A stretch of 64,000 bases of DNA from Octopus sinensis (taxonomy: Eukaryota). The notes below the pieces were generated by a model that was not told where the DNA came from, made no database searches, and saw only the letters and a list, made by a program, of their open reading frames with translations. This document shows, piece by piece, positions 10,880 through 24,084 of this stretch. Every line of letters starts with the position of its first letter. Position 1 is the stretch's first letter. The DNA lies in assembly GCF_006345805.1 (NCBI RefSeq), contig NC_042998.1, positions 200,446,001-200,510,000 on the forward strand, read 5' to 3'. Made by a program: the position numbers and the translations under genes.

Positions 10880-12590
10880 AAAGTATTTTATTTTGTGCTA
10901 AGAATCTTAATTTGTCTATGAAACAATTTCTTGAAATGCTCTCATCACATTTTTCCAACTTCCTAAAATTTTTTGTGGCTGGTTTGCTTTTCCTCTTAGT
11001 TTGCGGGAGATTATTTTTTTATAAATCGAGAATTAATGCTATGTCGTATTCAGTAACCACCTTGAGATGCCAGATTCTTTCGACTTCAAAGAGCAAATCT
11101 TAATAATGTCTGAGCTTGCTAAAATTCTTTTATTACAATATTATGATCACAAGAGATACTCATCCAATCATTAATCAGATTTTATTTATTTTGGTCTTTT
11201 ACTACAATATCCTTCTTATTAAGTTTGATGGGTCTCTCACTACATACCGAAAAATCCCAAAACATCATAAAAATTTCTGTTTCAGTTACAGCCTCGGTAG
11301 ACACTCACACCACTTTTCAACGTTTTCATTTAATAATACCGACATATCAACCAGTTTATTTAATGGTCCACTTCATCATGCCTTTGTTTATGCTCTACTG
11401 GTACTAAAACTTCACATCCAAACATTAAGTGGTTCACTGTTTTTGTCTCATCATTGCAGAATCGGCACTTTGGATCTATTACACTTTTCATTATATTCCC
11501 TTTGTGGTTTCGGGTTAATACACATTCATCTTGAGCAACTTCCATGAAGCTTCTTCACCTTCTGCTTTTGACCCTGAGTATCGCAGCCACCGATGGCTGT
11601 GCTTCTGGTCAACAACATCTTGTTTGCTACAAGCTACATATTTGATAAGCAGAGGTTTCTGTTCTCACCTACCAGCAAATTGTTCAAACGCGTTTTTCTT
11701 TGTCATTAATGTTGCTTTCTTTGCAAGAATATTTGCTATGTTTCCATCAGGCTCTCCAGCAAGGTCATCACTCATAAAATCAATAGCAAGTTTTTGCTTA
11801 CCTTCAAGATAGAATGAAGCTTCTTACGTCCATCACGATTTTTAACGAAACTTAGCATCAAGTCGTTAGAAGATTCACTATATTTTGACCCGTCCATTCG
11901 TAATGGTTTTATAAGAAATTTCAAATTGGAGCAAACCTCGACCTCCCTGAGCTCTGAGGAAGTGAAGACAACCCACACCTGCATGCGGATTATGCATTTT
12001 TAGTCTTATGCCAAATTTTCTATCAATGATTTTCCTTTCACTGTTATACCAGTTCAAAATTTGGAAGGTATAAGTAACAAGCGGATCTGCTAAAATATTT
12101 ATTGTTAGCACCTTGTTATGTGCATTTAGCTAAGATTTCAGAAGTTCTCGTACTCTTCTATTTGATGCATGCATGCTGAATGCCAGAACAACAATTTATA
12201 CTTAGGTATTTAGAATTTTGCTCTTGCTCAATTGTTTTATAACTGTTTCAACATCGAACTTGATTTAATTTGACTTCATCAATTTCCCTTTCTTGGAAGT
12301 ACTCTTTGCAGACTTCTCAGAATCACACTCCATTCCGATGTCACCATTGAATGCATCCACAGAACGTACAAGGCCTTCAAGCCCACTATTGCAAAGCGTT
12401 TGCCATAAAGTTTTAAGTCATTCATCGAAAATAGAATGGTTTTTGTTCTTGTCCTCAATATCAGGACGTAGCCAAAGATCTGGGTATTTTTAGTCATTGG
12501 GGCACTTGACACAACACAAAAACTGCTACTCAGAGTGAAGGACTTTGGAATTGAGACGCGATAGCATTCTTGCAAACTAAATTAGAATGT
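10880..12590 (-). mobile_element. Decayed R4/Dong-type non-LTR retrotransposon (RT, CCHC knuckle, REL endonuclease)
   Basis: Translated pieces TILFSMNDLKLYGK (degenerate YMDD) and KCRFCNDETKTVNHLMFGCEVLVPVEHKQRHDEV (CCHC + RHD). Many stops. The 5' end abuts (TTA)n/(TGA)n at about 12600-12640. Confidence 0.8.
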
Positions 12591-12867
12591 AAAAATATCA
12601 TTATTATTATTATGATGATGATGATGATGATGATGATAAATGCCCAGATGCAATAACAAGCAATGTCTCTCCAGGCTTCTGGTTGGAAATATTTTCATGT
12701 ACATGTTTTGTATTGGTGTAAATAATGTTAAGAATTGTTAAGCAGTGAAGAATCGACAGTTCTGTTCTTTATTCCTCATCTGTTGGAAACCGGATACACT
12801 GATCTGCCAATAAATAATTTTCTGTAATCGCTATATGTTCCGACACTACACAGAAATATTATTATTC

Positions 12868-13232
12868 TTTTCTATTCTAGACACATCGCCCGAAATTTTT
12901 GGGGAGGGTTCAGTCGATTAGATCGATTAGTACGCAACTGGTACTTAACTTATCGATCCCGAATGGATGAAAAGCAAAGTCGAGCTCGGCGGAATTTGAA
13001 CTCAGAACGTAAAGACAGACGGGATGCCTATTTCTTTACTAACCACAAGGGGATAAACACAGAGGGGAGAAACAAGGACAGACAAAGGGATTAAGTCGAT
13101 TACATCGACCCCAGTGCGTAACTGGTACCTAGTGTATCGACTTCGGCGGAATTTGAACTCATAACGTAACGGCGGACGAAATACCGCTATGTATTTCGCC
13201 CGGCGTGCTAACGTTTCTGCCAGCTCGCCGCT
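12868..13232 (-). mobile_element. Two adjacent SINE family B copies
   Basis: ggcgagctggcagaaacgttagcacgccgggcgaaatac head at 13232 and shared gagttcaaattccgccga core in both. Different 3' tails; junction at about 13030. Confidence 0.85.
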
Positions 13233-14227
13233 TTAGAAATATTATCATTGAACGATCATTTGGAGTGTAATGTGAGGATAGGTATTATGTAGTAGCCAAT
13301 CACAGAATTTAGCACCTCGAACACGGTAGTTTGATACCACGTAAATATGGCTGAACCGAATATCACTGAAATTATATCAATGTATCTACGAATATTTAAC
13401 GAATATCTATTCAAAGTTAACCGACTACACAAACAATATCATCGACAAAAAATATTTCAAATTCACATCCATATTAACTGTATTTAGCAACTGAAAATTT
13501 CTCAAGGAATAATGTCTTGTCATTTGTATTTGACAATAAATGATTATCTAAGTAATAATTTATTACTAAACACTAGAAAGTGAAATCTATCTAAATGAGG
13601 AATATTCAGCAGCTTCAAAAAAGCAGAAAAAATCAAATATAAAATTTGGTAAACATAGGCAAAATACAAGTGTCCGTATTGTGATAATTCATATAGATCA
13701 ACTTTCTTCTAAAAGGAAAACAGGGTGAGTGGAAGGTGAGTATGAATCGAATATATTTCTTGCTTACTTCTTCCTAGATATATGCTACTCATCAGAAATA
13801 TACGAATATAATTTAATTTATAAATGATATATAAACTGTCTACAAAATAATTATATGCTGTGGCTTACTGTAGCTATGGACACTGGTTCAGGATCAGCAC
13901 GGAAATCCTATGCGTGTAAAACGCGCTCCCAAATTTAGAACGCATAAATACTCATAGTTTACGACTGGCACTAGATAGACAAGTTATTAGCAGATATAAC
14001 ATGCGGGTAAAGATGAGGAACAGAAAACACTACAAAGCTAAAACAGTCAATAAATTACACAAACGTTTGAATATATTTAGTTTTTAAATAAAATTAAATA
14101 ATTTGAATATTTCACTTTTAAATTAAGAATTTAATTTTTACTGTGTTACAATATATCCGAAGTAATGGGATTTGATCATTTAGCAATAACAATAAAAACA
14201 ACAGCAGCAGCAACAACAACAACGACA

Positions 14228-14286
<59 letters not shown>

Positions 14287-14311
14287 GGTTCTATATTTAA
14301 GAGTTCAGGAA

Positions 14312-14491
14312 TTATGTACATTATTTACATTATTTACAATTGACGGATATTTGTCCTCATCGTGTTTGCGGTTAACGACGCTTCAGTTGATATACTCTCC
14401 AGCCTTCATCGTGTGTCTTGGGGAAATTTCGAACCTAGGTTCTCATTCCTTAGCTATTTTTCGATGCTGATATTGTTGTTGCTGTTGTTGT

Positions 14492-14522
<31 letters not shown>

Positions 14523-14555
14523 ATTATTATTATTATTATTATTATTTTATTATTA

Positions 14556-14591
<36 letters not shown>

Positions 14592-14654
14592 CATTCAGTC
14601 ACTGCCTGGAATCGAAAGCGGAATCTTGGGGTTAGTAGCCGCGCTCTTAACCAC
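14312..14654 (-). mobile_element. SINE-like family D, copy 2
   Basis: Head gtggttaagagcgcggctactaaccccaagattccgctttcgattccaggcagtgactga, (AAT)/(AAC)n spacer, tail homologous to 8935-9085. Confidence 0.8.
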
Positions 14655-14664
14655 GGACTTATGA

Positions 14665-15072
14665 ACATAACCAGTTGAGCATTCCCTTGGTGGCTGACGA
14701 TGTGTGCATCTCTGATCACGAGCAGAAGTAGTGGGGGAGTATCATAGCCATGTGTTGAGAGGGATTCTTTAGGGTTTGGATAGTTCAACTCTGGAAACAT
14801 AGGTGATTCGTTCAACATCCTTAAACAATCCTTATTCAAGGACTTTTTTTTGAGCGGGATGGGTTACTCTACCACAAGAAAATTCTATCTGGGCCCCACC
14901 TGCAAGATCATGTGTTGTTTATCTTGATATGAGACCACCATGTCGCGCACATATGGTTGTGATGCATGTGCCTGGTGTACCCTTATCAGACGGGTAGTCA
15001 TGATGGGTATACTGAGCTTCGTATATTTTTACCCCAGTGTCACCTTTGATGGCATGCACTGCTCTCTCACTC
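14665..15072 (-). mobile_element. Unclassified interspersed repeat (possible LINE UTR), flanked by (AAT)n
   Basis: GC-richer block that I recall as a common octopus repeat. No coding motif identified. Confidence 0.4.
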
Positions 15073-15086
15073 AATAATAATAATAA

Positions 15087-15118
<32 letters not shown>

Positions 15119-15123
15119 CAATG

Positions 15124-15213
<90 letters not shown>

Positions 15214-15559
15214 GAAGAAGAAAGAAGAAGAAGAAGAAGAAGAAGAAGAATCTTTAAGAAAACCATTATTATAGATGATTAAGTAAAGTTTAAAATCCAA
15301 ATTGAATGTTAACTTCATAAAAGCAATCAACTTGAAAGCAGTGAGTGGACGAAATTATTGAATGCAGTAATAATAAATTGAAGATTTTAACGAGGAAGCA
15401 GCTCTGGAATATACATCCACAATGTAATGTAGATCGGCTATGAGTGAAAACAGCTGAGAGGGAGAGCCAGAGTGAGAGAGAAAGAGAGAGAGAACGAGTC
15501 TTGGTACCGAAACGTAGCAGAGAGAGTGAGAACGTGTCTAGGTTTCCATCTAGATGATA

Positions 15560-16255
15560 AAGAAAAGACTACTTCTTGAGGATTCTTAATGAATGCATAT
15601 TTATACAAAGTAGAGAAATCCCCAAAATGAAGAGAAAAATGCGAAAACAGAAGTCAAACTTTGATACATAAAAGCTTTTTCCGGCCATTTTTCAAAAATG
15701 CAAATGAGCTACGTTATGGCAAAGCAAAGTAAATGGCTGGAGGAAAAGATCGCTGGAGGAAAAGATCGCTGGAGGAAAAGATTGCCGGAGAAACAGGCCC
15801 AAAATTAAAATCGGACAAGAACGAGATCGTTCGTCAAACTGCTCATCCAAATTCAGAGTGATAAATCAAGGCGTCTCTAGATTTAGGTTAGAACAAATGC
15901 AAAACTTGTAGTCATGATCAGATTGTGGTAAATATACATTGGAGGTTTGGTCAGAAATTAGTTTTACCCAATATTGTAGGTGTCAATGAGGAGAAGGTAA
16001 GCTTTGCAGAAGATGTTTAATTGAAACTAAAACAAAAAGTAGAAAAAGTAGGGCATTACACTAAAATGAAGAATGATATACTCAAAAATTGGAAAGAAGT
16101 TAATAATCTGCAGTTACTCTATCCAGGTTACAAGTTCAGGTTTATATCTGTAGTTATTGAGGCCCTGGGACATGTAACACACTGCCTAAATACCAATCTT
16201 GAGAAATTAGCCTTCTCAAAAAAAAAAGAAGGAGAAAACTAATTCCAAGTTTATC
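15560..16255 (+). mobile_element. REL-endonuclease LINE remnants (mosaic)
   Basis: NLQLLYPGYKFRFISVVIEALGHVTHCLNTNLEKLAFS resembles the REL-LINE C-terminal IPV(V/I)IGALG block. Includes a 16-bp unit x3 at 15736-15783. Confidence 0.55.
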
Positions 16256-16689
16256 ATTTAAATATATATATGAGCATGTCTAGATATGTAACTCTGTGCA
16301 TGAGAATACATACATGAAACATACAAACCTGCTCATAACATGCTTGCATACATACATACATACATACATACATACATACATACATACATGCATGCATACA
16401 TACATACATAAATACATGCATACGTACATACATAAATACATACAGACAGCAGACATGCGTACATACATACATACATACAGACAGACAGACATGCGTACAT
16501 ACATACATACATGCATACACACATACAAAAATACCCTGTTGCTGATGTTGAAATTCCAATGAAGAAAATTTGGATCTCGGTTAGAAACCGGTTCTTTCTC
16601 TAATGGCAAGAAATCTTGAAATCAACTGAATAATGACATACATACATAAATACTATCCGCATTTTCTCAAATGGTGGAATTTGTGACAA

Positions 16690-18200
16690 GAAAAGGAACT
16701 ATTTCGAAAATGAATCTAAGAAGATTTGAAAGAAGGCATATTGAAATGCTAAGTGGGCAAAGAATGAGAGCGGTTGAGAACGGACAGTGGTATAAGTATT
16801 GGGAATATTGGAAGCAGACGAAATATAAAAAATGAAGAAATGAAACAAATTACCAGTAGGGAATACACAGGGAGAATGAGAAAATTATTGAAGTCAAAGC
16901 AGAATATAAAAAATCTTATTGAAGCAATTTATTCAAGAGCAATACCCTTAATCATGTATAAATTTGGAATTATAGACTGGATAAAATACGATTTAAAGAA
17001 ACTTGACAAAAACAACTACAAAGTCGTTGACAATGTATGGAGCCCACCGTCCGAATGCTGATATCAACTGACTGCAATTGAGTAGAGACCAGATTTGAAG
17101 AGGCTAAATAGCAATAGAAAGAATGTTTACAGATTGAAAGAAAAAGCCCCGTACAGCACTGAAAAAAACCCTACTAAAGACAGTGAGTGGGGAACATGTG
17201 ATGAATCACGTAATAGGGGAAAAGGACAAGAATAAAATTCACAAGGAGCATGTCAGACATATTGAAGAGAAACCACTGCATGGTTCTGGAGAGCTACTGA
17301 AGAAGTATATGGAATGAAATTCAGCGCTTGGTTAAAAAGGGGCAATTAAAAAAGAATCAGAAACCCAAATCATAGCAGCCCACGATCAAGCAATAAGAAC
17401 AAACAACTTAAGAAAAAATATATATGGAGAGAAAGTCTCAGAAAAATGTAGAGCCTGTGTAAGTAGGAGCGAGACAGTGGCATTCTTTGTAAATGTTTTA
17501 CAAAGGAAACTCTGCCAGATATGAGGACTTGAAGCTAGAAATATATGTTACAATCATCGGGTCGAAAAATTACTGGAGCTGGAAAAATTTAAGACTGTGG
17601 GATTTTCTATTCAAACGGACGAGAAGTTAGAAAATAATAGACCGGACATAACAATTATAGAGGAGGAAAAGCGAAGTTGCTTACTAATAGACCCATCATG
17701 TCCGTTTGATTCCAGGATTGGAAAGAAAGCGGAGGAAAAGCAAAAAGGAAAAGAAAATATATCCATTAAAATTTGAAAGGGGAAGAACCTGGAGTATGAA
17801 AACTGTGAAAGTCGTGACTATAATAAATGGTTGTTTGGGAACAGTAAGAAAAGAATAGACATGGCTGTAAGAGACTAGAATAGGATGCCCTGCAAAATGT
17901 TTGTCTCTCAGGGACAGCAAGGATTATCAGGACCATACTAAGCACTTGAAATGCTACTAAAGACTTGTGGATACCTATGATTACTAGTAGTAACCCGCTG
18001 TCCATACTGATCCAACCAGGGAAGTGATCGAACCCGAGGAAAAACGAAAAACAAAAACAATGAAAGAACAATAATAATAATAATAATAATAATAGCTCCA
18101 GAAAACAGTGTTATTAGGGACAGCTGGGATACTTCGGAGGATTATTGGCATCTAAGCTTACTTATTGTTGTCCGATATTAGGAAATTTTTTTCTTGTCTA
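16690..18200 (+). mobile_element. Decayed R4/Dong-type LINE 3' half plus a second 3' stub after (AAT)n
   Basis: Translated motifs MRKLLKSK..NLIEAIYSRAIPLIMYKFGIIDW, AAHDQAIRTN..EKCRAC and DFSIQTDEKLENNRPDITIIEEEKRSCLLIDPSCPFD (PD..D REL motif). Stub LQKTVLLGTAGILRRII* follows (AAT)n at about 18070-18092. Confidence 0.8.
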
Positions 18201-19739
18201 ACAGTCTAATTTGTTCTGCGTATATGAAATTATAATAAAACAATTACATAAGGAAACAAAAATGGTGATGATGGCGATGATGATGAAGGTAGTGGTAGTG
18301 TCAGTGGTGGTGGTAATGATGATGATGATGATGATGAATGTAGTGGTAGTGGTGGTGGTGATGGTAGTGGTTGTAGTGATTCTGATGATAATGCTCAAAA
18401 AGCCAAACATCATTACCAATATAACCTAGTTTTTGCATGGCAATGGTGATTCTTATGACGATTGGTAGGAAAACGTTAACAGAGAGCAAAGTTAAAGATC
18501 TCATGACGTTGCTCTTTAGGGGATTCAATTAATTTATTAATGAAATTTATATTCTGTCGAATTTAAATAATACTTCCTTTAGTTTAATTATTGATTTTCA
18601 TAAAGTACGATTTAAGATGAAAGTCGAGTCGCATTCATCATAATGTTAAATCTTTTGCAGCATACAGCCAAATAAAAATTGAAGTATTAGTAGGAAGAAA
18701 TTACATTTTGCTTTATTATGTTATTTGTTTGTTCGATTGTTTTTTTTTAATGATTTGTCTGCAGTGCGATACAAAACATTGCTGTCGATGCTTTCATTGT
18801 CACAGCAACTATATTGAGTGGTTTCCTTTAAACAAAAACCTTTTTTTCTGGCGTCTGTACGGACAGTAAATTAATAGAAGCAAAACATTATAGGTACTTA
18901 ATTAATATATGGAATAATCTGGGAGAACTAAAATTCAAGCTAATCTCTTTGGTATTTTATCGTATAAATGTTTGGTTAAACATATAAAATAGTTTAAGAT
19001 AGTTTTATCTGTTATCTCTAGCATGAGTTATTCAGTAAATGTTTTAACGCCTCAGTATCAAATCCTGATAAAAAAATAAGAGAGTATAGGACCTGATTTG
19101 ATGATTAGTCTTCCATTATTCTGACAAAAATATATTATTGGTTTGTAATATGGTATCACAGAGAGTAGGAATAATATTTTATATTATTCATTGAATAAAA
19201 ATGTCTCACTATATCTGAATTTAGAGATGTTTCTGCATGAAAATTTTAGACAAACTGGCATATTTCATACTTTGTATTAAACCAGTTACCAGTGCAATAA
19301 GGCGCACGTCAGGCAAATAAGTATTTTGAATATTTAGCTGCACATAAGATTATTAACAGAATTCATAAATAAAATGATTTTAAATATGCGTCGAAATATA
19401 CTTAGTACTGATAATAAAAAGGGTGTTTTACTCATTCGAACAACTTGCTATAAATAGTATCCAATTCTCCCTCAAATGAATCATTGCACCATTAAAATGA
19501 AAAGAAAGGGTACATAAAAATGAACCTCTTGATATAAACTACACCTGAATACAAAAACCAAAAAAAAAAGAGAATGGGTTGCTTACGATTGAAATTACAT
19601 TTATAATACATTACGACTAGGGATGACCTGAGCAGTAACAGTAACTACCTGTTTCTTCTAACAGTCCACATATTTAACCTTTGCTCAAAACGAAATTCAA
19701 TTCCTTCATCTAAAAATGTATTAATGTCATGTATATATA

Positions 19740-19815
<76 letters not shown>

Positions 19816-21809
19816 TTATATATACATAGATGTGTATATATATGTATATATATATATATATATAGACCTCTATATATATATATACACGCACAAGCACACA
19901 CATGTTTGTATCTATGCTTATAAGGCATTTCAGAAGCTTTATCATCCTGTTTTCTGGCAATAGACTCTGCTGATTTCCAATTTCTTCACTTGAATGTATA
20001 TCGGATATTTGCCAAAAATATACACTGATGTCTATTCAGTGAGTATTAAGTTATCTACAAAATATCCATACGTTAAACATCTCTATGTTATGATAGTTGT
20101 ATAATCTTAAATTATAGAGCATTATAATGCGAAGTGATATATTTCACTTAATACAGCTGATTCTTTTCTTTGCTCGTCCCAGGTCATTCATACTACTGAA
20201 GAACTCATGAGACCGTTAACAACTCTAGCTGGGGCGTCTATTATTCAAACTCGAGGAATGTAAAACTATAATATATAATGCGACCCTTTTACAAAGAATG
20301 TGGTGTACTCTTAGAAAGTGTATCTTCTTGCTTCCAAGACTACATAGTGTCTCATTCGCTGATACGAATAATAAAATATAGATATGAAGTAATTTCCTTT
20401 AGTGTCGAAATAGCAAAACCAAGTAAATGATTTTTTAAAAGATTGTTTTTATTTCGCATTACCTGGTCACGATACGCTTCTCTTTCCACCAATATTGATT
20501 TGATTTGAAAATACGTGTAGTAGAATCTTTAGTTTAATCGGATTCTGTTGTCATATTCACTTAAACAGAAACGCTAATTCGTAAAATGCCCAATTGTACA
20601 ACTTTAATTCCCCATCCCCAGGAATTATTACAAAATTTTTTTTTCTCTTGTACAAAAAGTAGTCGCAATCAGTCTTACGTATGTAAATGGTGGAAGTCGA
20701 AATCGTTCATTTTTTGGGAACCGTGTTGGTGTAAAGTACATGAAAATGTTTTTAGAGGAGAACGGAGATATCGTGAGCACAAGATGTCGATGTTCGTTTT
20801 TTTATTTTTATTTTAGACAGATTAACAAGTTAAATGAGCTTGGTTGTTCTAGAAGATTTATTTGCTGAATTGGATTTCTCAAAACTACACAAAAAATATT
20901 TTTGATTGATCGTGTGTGAATGTGCTGTCATTGTTTTCGATGTTTAACTCAGGGAAACCAAGACTACAAATGAAACAACCAAGCCTATTTTGTTTCTTTC
21001 TAGGAATATCTAGTGTTACATTATCCATAATCAGCATTCTTTTTTACTAAATCGTAAAATGCTATTTGCAGGGTTTGGCTGTTATTTCCAGTATGCCAAG
21101 AGACCATGTAAATACGCCCTCTGTGACTGGCACTACTATGATTATGGTGCTCTGATTGTGGTTTTGTTTTAATATTAGAGATACTGGTCAACACAGTGAT
21201 AGAGGATTAGTTTATTTGATTATGATTTTGCCTTAGGAAACGAAAAAAAAAATATAAAAGATTGAAATGATGTTTTGTTTTAAATACAAATTTGTAACAT
21301 TTACTGGTGTATAAAATTGATTAAGAAAGAAGACAAACACTTCAAAGCAACAGATGGAAGGAACCAATTACAAACAATTATTCAGATATTAAATCAGAGA
21401 GAAGATCACAAAGGCAATGTTTTTTTTACCCTAATAAAAAACAAATAACAGAAGAGATAAAGGAAACCAGAAACAGAAAATTGATCCGCCGAATAAACTT
21501 TTTATGACGATGGAGAATTAAAAGTTATTATTAGGAAGAAATCTACGTAGTATTTAATCGATCCTATCCTTAGATAAGACCACTTAGCATAATAGGTGGT
21601 TTTCGTTTCCGTATTACTGATATAATAGTTAGTGTTGGTACTAGTTAGTAACTGTGGAACTTGATGGTGTTGTGGTGAGAGTTCGCAGTCGTATGTTAAC
21701 AGTGATGGTACTTACTTTTGGTGAGATTTTATTGTCAAGGTTTTGACTTGTGTGGGAGTTGATGGTAATGAACTTTCTAATTGTCTAAGAGTTGATATTA
21801 CTGAAATTC

Positions 21810-22173
21810 TCTTTTACTCTCTTTTATTTCTTTCAGTCATTTGACTGCGGCCATGCTGGAGCACCGCCTTTAATCGAGCAACTCGACCCCGGCACTTATT
21901 CTTTGTAAACCCCGGTAAGTTACAGGGACATAAACACACCATCATCGGTTGTCAAGCAATGCTAGGGGGACAAACACACACACACAAACACACATATATA
22001 TATTCATATACGACGGGCTTCTTTCAGTTTCCGTCTACCAAATCCACTCACAAGGCTTTGGTCGGCCCGAGACTATAGTAGAAGACATTTGCCCAAGGTG
22101 CCACGCAGTGGAACTGAACCCGGAACAATGTGGTTGGTAAACAAGCTACTTACCACACAGCCACTCCTGCGCC
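21810..22173 (-). mobile_element. tRNA-headed SINE family C, well preserved
   Basis: ggcgcaggagtggctgtgtggtaagtagcttg..ccgggttcagttccactgcgtggcaccttgggcaaatgtcttc (CORE-like accttgggcaa) to tail ggcggtgctccagcatggccgcagtcaaatgactgaaa. Confidence 0.9.
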
Positions 22174-22487
22174 TATATTGATTAAGAATGTATAGGAAGT
22201 AGTGGCAGTTGTGTATCCATCACGTCTATCTGTCTTCCTTGAGGATGATAATGTCGCCGTTGCTGACCTCATCACTTCGCAGCATGACCCATAGCAGTAT
22301 TTACCATGAAACCGAAAGCTTAAAGTGATTTGAGTGTGCTGGTGCAGATGTAGACTCATTAAACAAAGATGTTTGAGGTTGCTGATATCTGAGTAAGAGG
22401 ACAAATTTTCGGGTCTTTGTGTCCCTGGTCCTTCTTGTCTTGTTCTGTAGTTACGAGACTTGTATAGTGTCAGGGCCCTTAGGAACC

Positions 22488-22713
22488 TATTTCTTTATTA
22501 CCCACATGGGGATAAACATAGAGGGGACAAACAAGGACAGACATAGGTATTATGTCGATTACATCGACCCTAGTGCGTAACTGGTACTTAATTTATCGAC
22601 CCCGAAAGGATGAAAGGCACAGTCGACCTCGGCGGAATTTGAACTCACAACGTAACGGCAGACGAGGTACCGCACAGCATTTCGCCTGGTGTGCTAACGC
22701 TTCTGCTAGCTCG
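22488..22713 (-). mobile_element. Full-length SINE family B with 12-13 bp target-site duplication
   Basis: (g)cccttaggaacc flanks both sides (22475-22487 and 22713-22725). Confidence 0.9.
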
Positions 22714-22729
22714 CCCTTAGGAACCGCTT

Positions 22730-23040
22730 AAACTCCGTTCATACTTGGGAGAATTCGTAGGCTCATAGGTTTAGCATTAGTACAATTTTGAATCGAACCA
22801 ACGGCTTAACTCAGAAAATAGGATATTCTTTCTTATGCATAATCCTGAAGCGTCAGCTTAAAAGGTCTGATCATGTTGCTCGGTTCTTTGAGTTGGCTCA
22901 AGCATATCGTGTTCTTTTCGTTGGTCGGCCACATGCCACATACACACAGCGTACGAGAAAGTACTTCGTAGAGATGAAGACTGACAGGGATACTGCTCGT
23001 AGTGTTGCCCAGGACGACAAGAGCAAATACTGAGAAATGC
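22730..23040 (+). mobile_element. RTE-like LINE 3' fragment
   Basis: IILKRQLKRSDHVARFFELAQAYRVL..DTARSVAQDD resembles the RTE C-terminal RQLR.YGHVARFP..DPAHR block. Confidence 0.5.
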
Positions 23041-23737
23041 TGAGAAGGTGCATCCTCCATACTAGAATTTTTCTATAAAATTGTGATTTACTTTTACCCC
23101 GCTACGGCTTTGTATTATTTCGTTTGTTGAAGAGGACGGGTTTCATTTATTTTAACTCAAAGCTCTGGGCATTCTAGGTGAACTGGAAAAGAATCATAGT
23201 ATTTTGAGGAAAATTGGATTAAGGGTGAGAAGTAAATATAAGTATACCATATCACATAGCATGTCTATAGTTGATATCTTCCTTACCACAGCCATATTGT
23301 TTGGCTATATCTTTAGCTATCTTCATGGTTTTCATTCTATCAACTATTCATCACTCCACAATATATCCAACAGTAATCCTAATTACTTTCAGAACACCTC
23401 TCTATGTGCATTCTTTGCAAATGAATATCAAAATATCTTTAGACACCCATCCAAATAAGGGAATTTACATTTAGAATTGATATTTACGTATGACTGATGA
23501 GTTACTTCAGATTCAGTTAGATTTTGATTTTACATTTATCAATTCCAAAATGCCTTTTTCTCATAGATTTATTAGGTGACGGTCTAAATCACGATTCAGA
23601 CAGACTAAGGTCATATATCATCATCCAAATCACCGGCCCTGTTAAAACACATTACAAAGGTGGGCTCTGATGAAATGCCTTCCTCTCTAGGGTCCACTCT
23701 GGTTTTGCTTTTATATTGTTGGATTAACCAAACATTG

Positions 23738-23783
<46 letters not shown>

Positions 23784-23879
23784 TTATATATAAAATTGAA
23801 GTTGTGTGTGTGAGACTCTGTCTCCTCCGATTTAGATTCCTAACTACTCCCACATTTTGCGGTGCAGTTTAACCAAAAG

Positions 23880-24084
23880 CGGGTATCTTATAGTCGTGAT
23901 TAATATCGAGCCCTTCTGGGTATTAGCGCGCGTCTACAATCAGTCTACGATTAAAAAAAATTACCATCATTTTTCCGCATTTTTTATGATTTTTGCTCGG
24001 CTTATATAAGGGAATTAACTCTCTAAAAATGCTTTTATAGTTATTTCCCTTACAAACCCGAGCAACGCCGGGCGATACTGCTAG
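23880..24084 (+). mobile_element. Helitron-type 3' terminus (non-autonomous)
   Basis: GC hairpin cccgagcaacgccggg (24057-24072), 8 nt, then CTAG followed by T (24081-24085): the classic Helitron 3' end. 5' limit is uncertain. Confidence 0.65.

Noticed and set aside
20183-20265. Possible plus-strand exon (VIHTTEELMRPLTTLAGASIIQTRG) after a pyrimidine tract and AG
   Set aside because: No recognisable homology, weak donor and no partner exons.
20468-20500. Minus-strand WW-containing stretch before a GT (YWWKEKRIVT) as the upstream CA10-like exon
   Set aside because: It ends in phase 2, which puts the known exon out of frame, and the sequence does not match WW.Y.G.SG.
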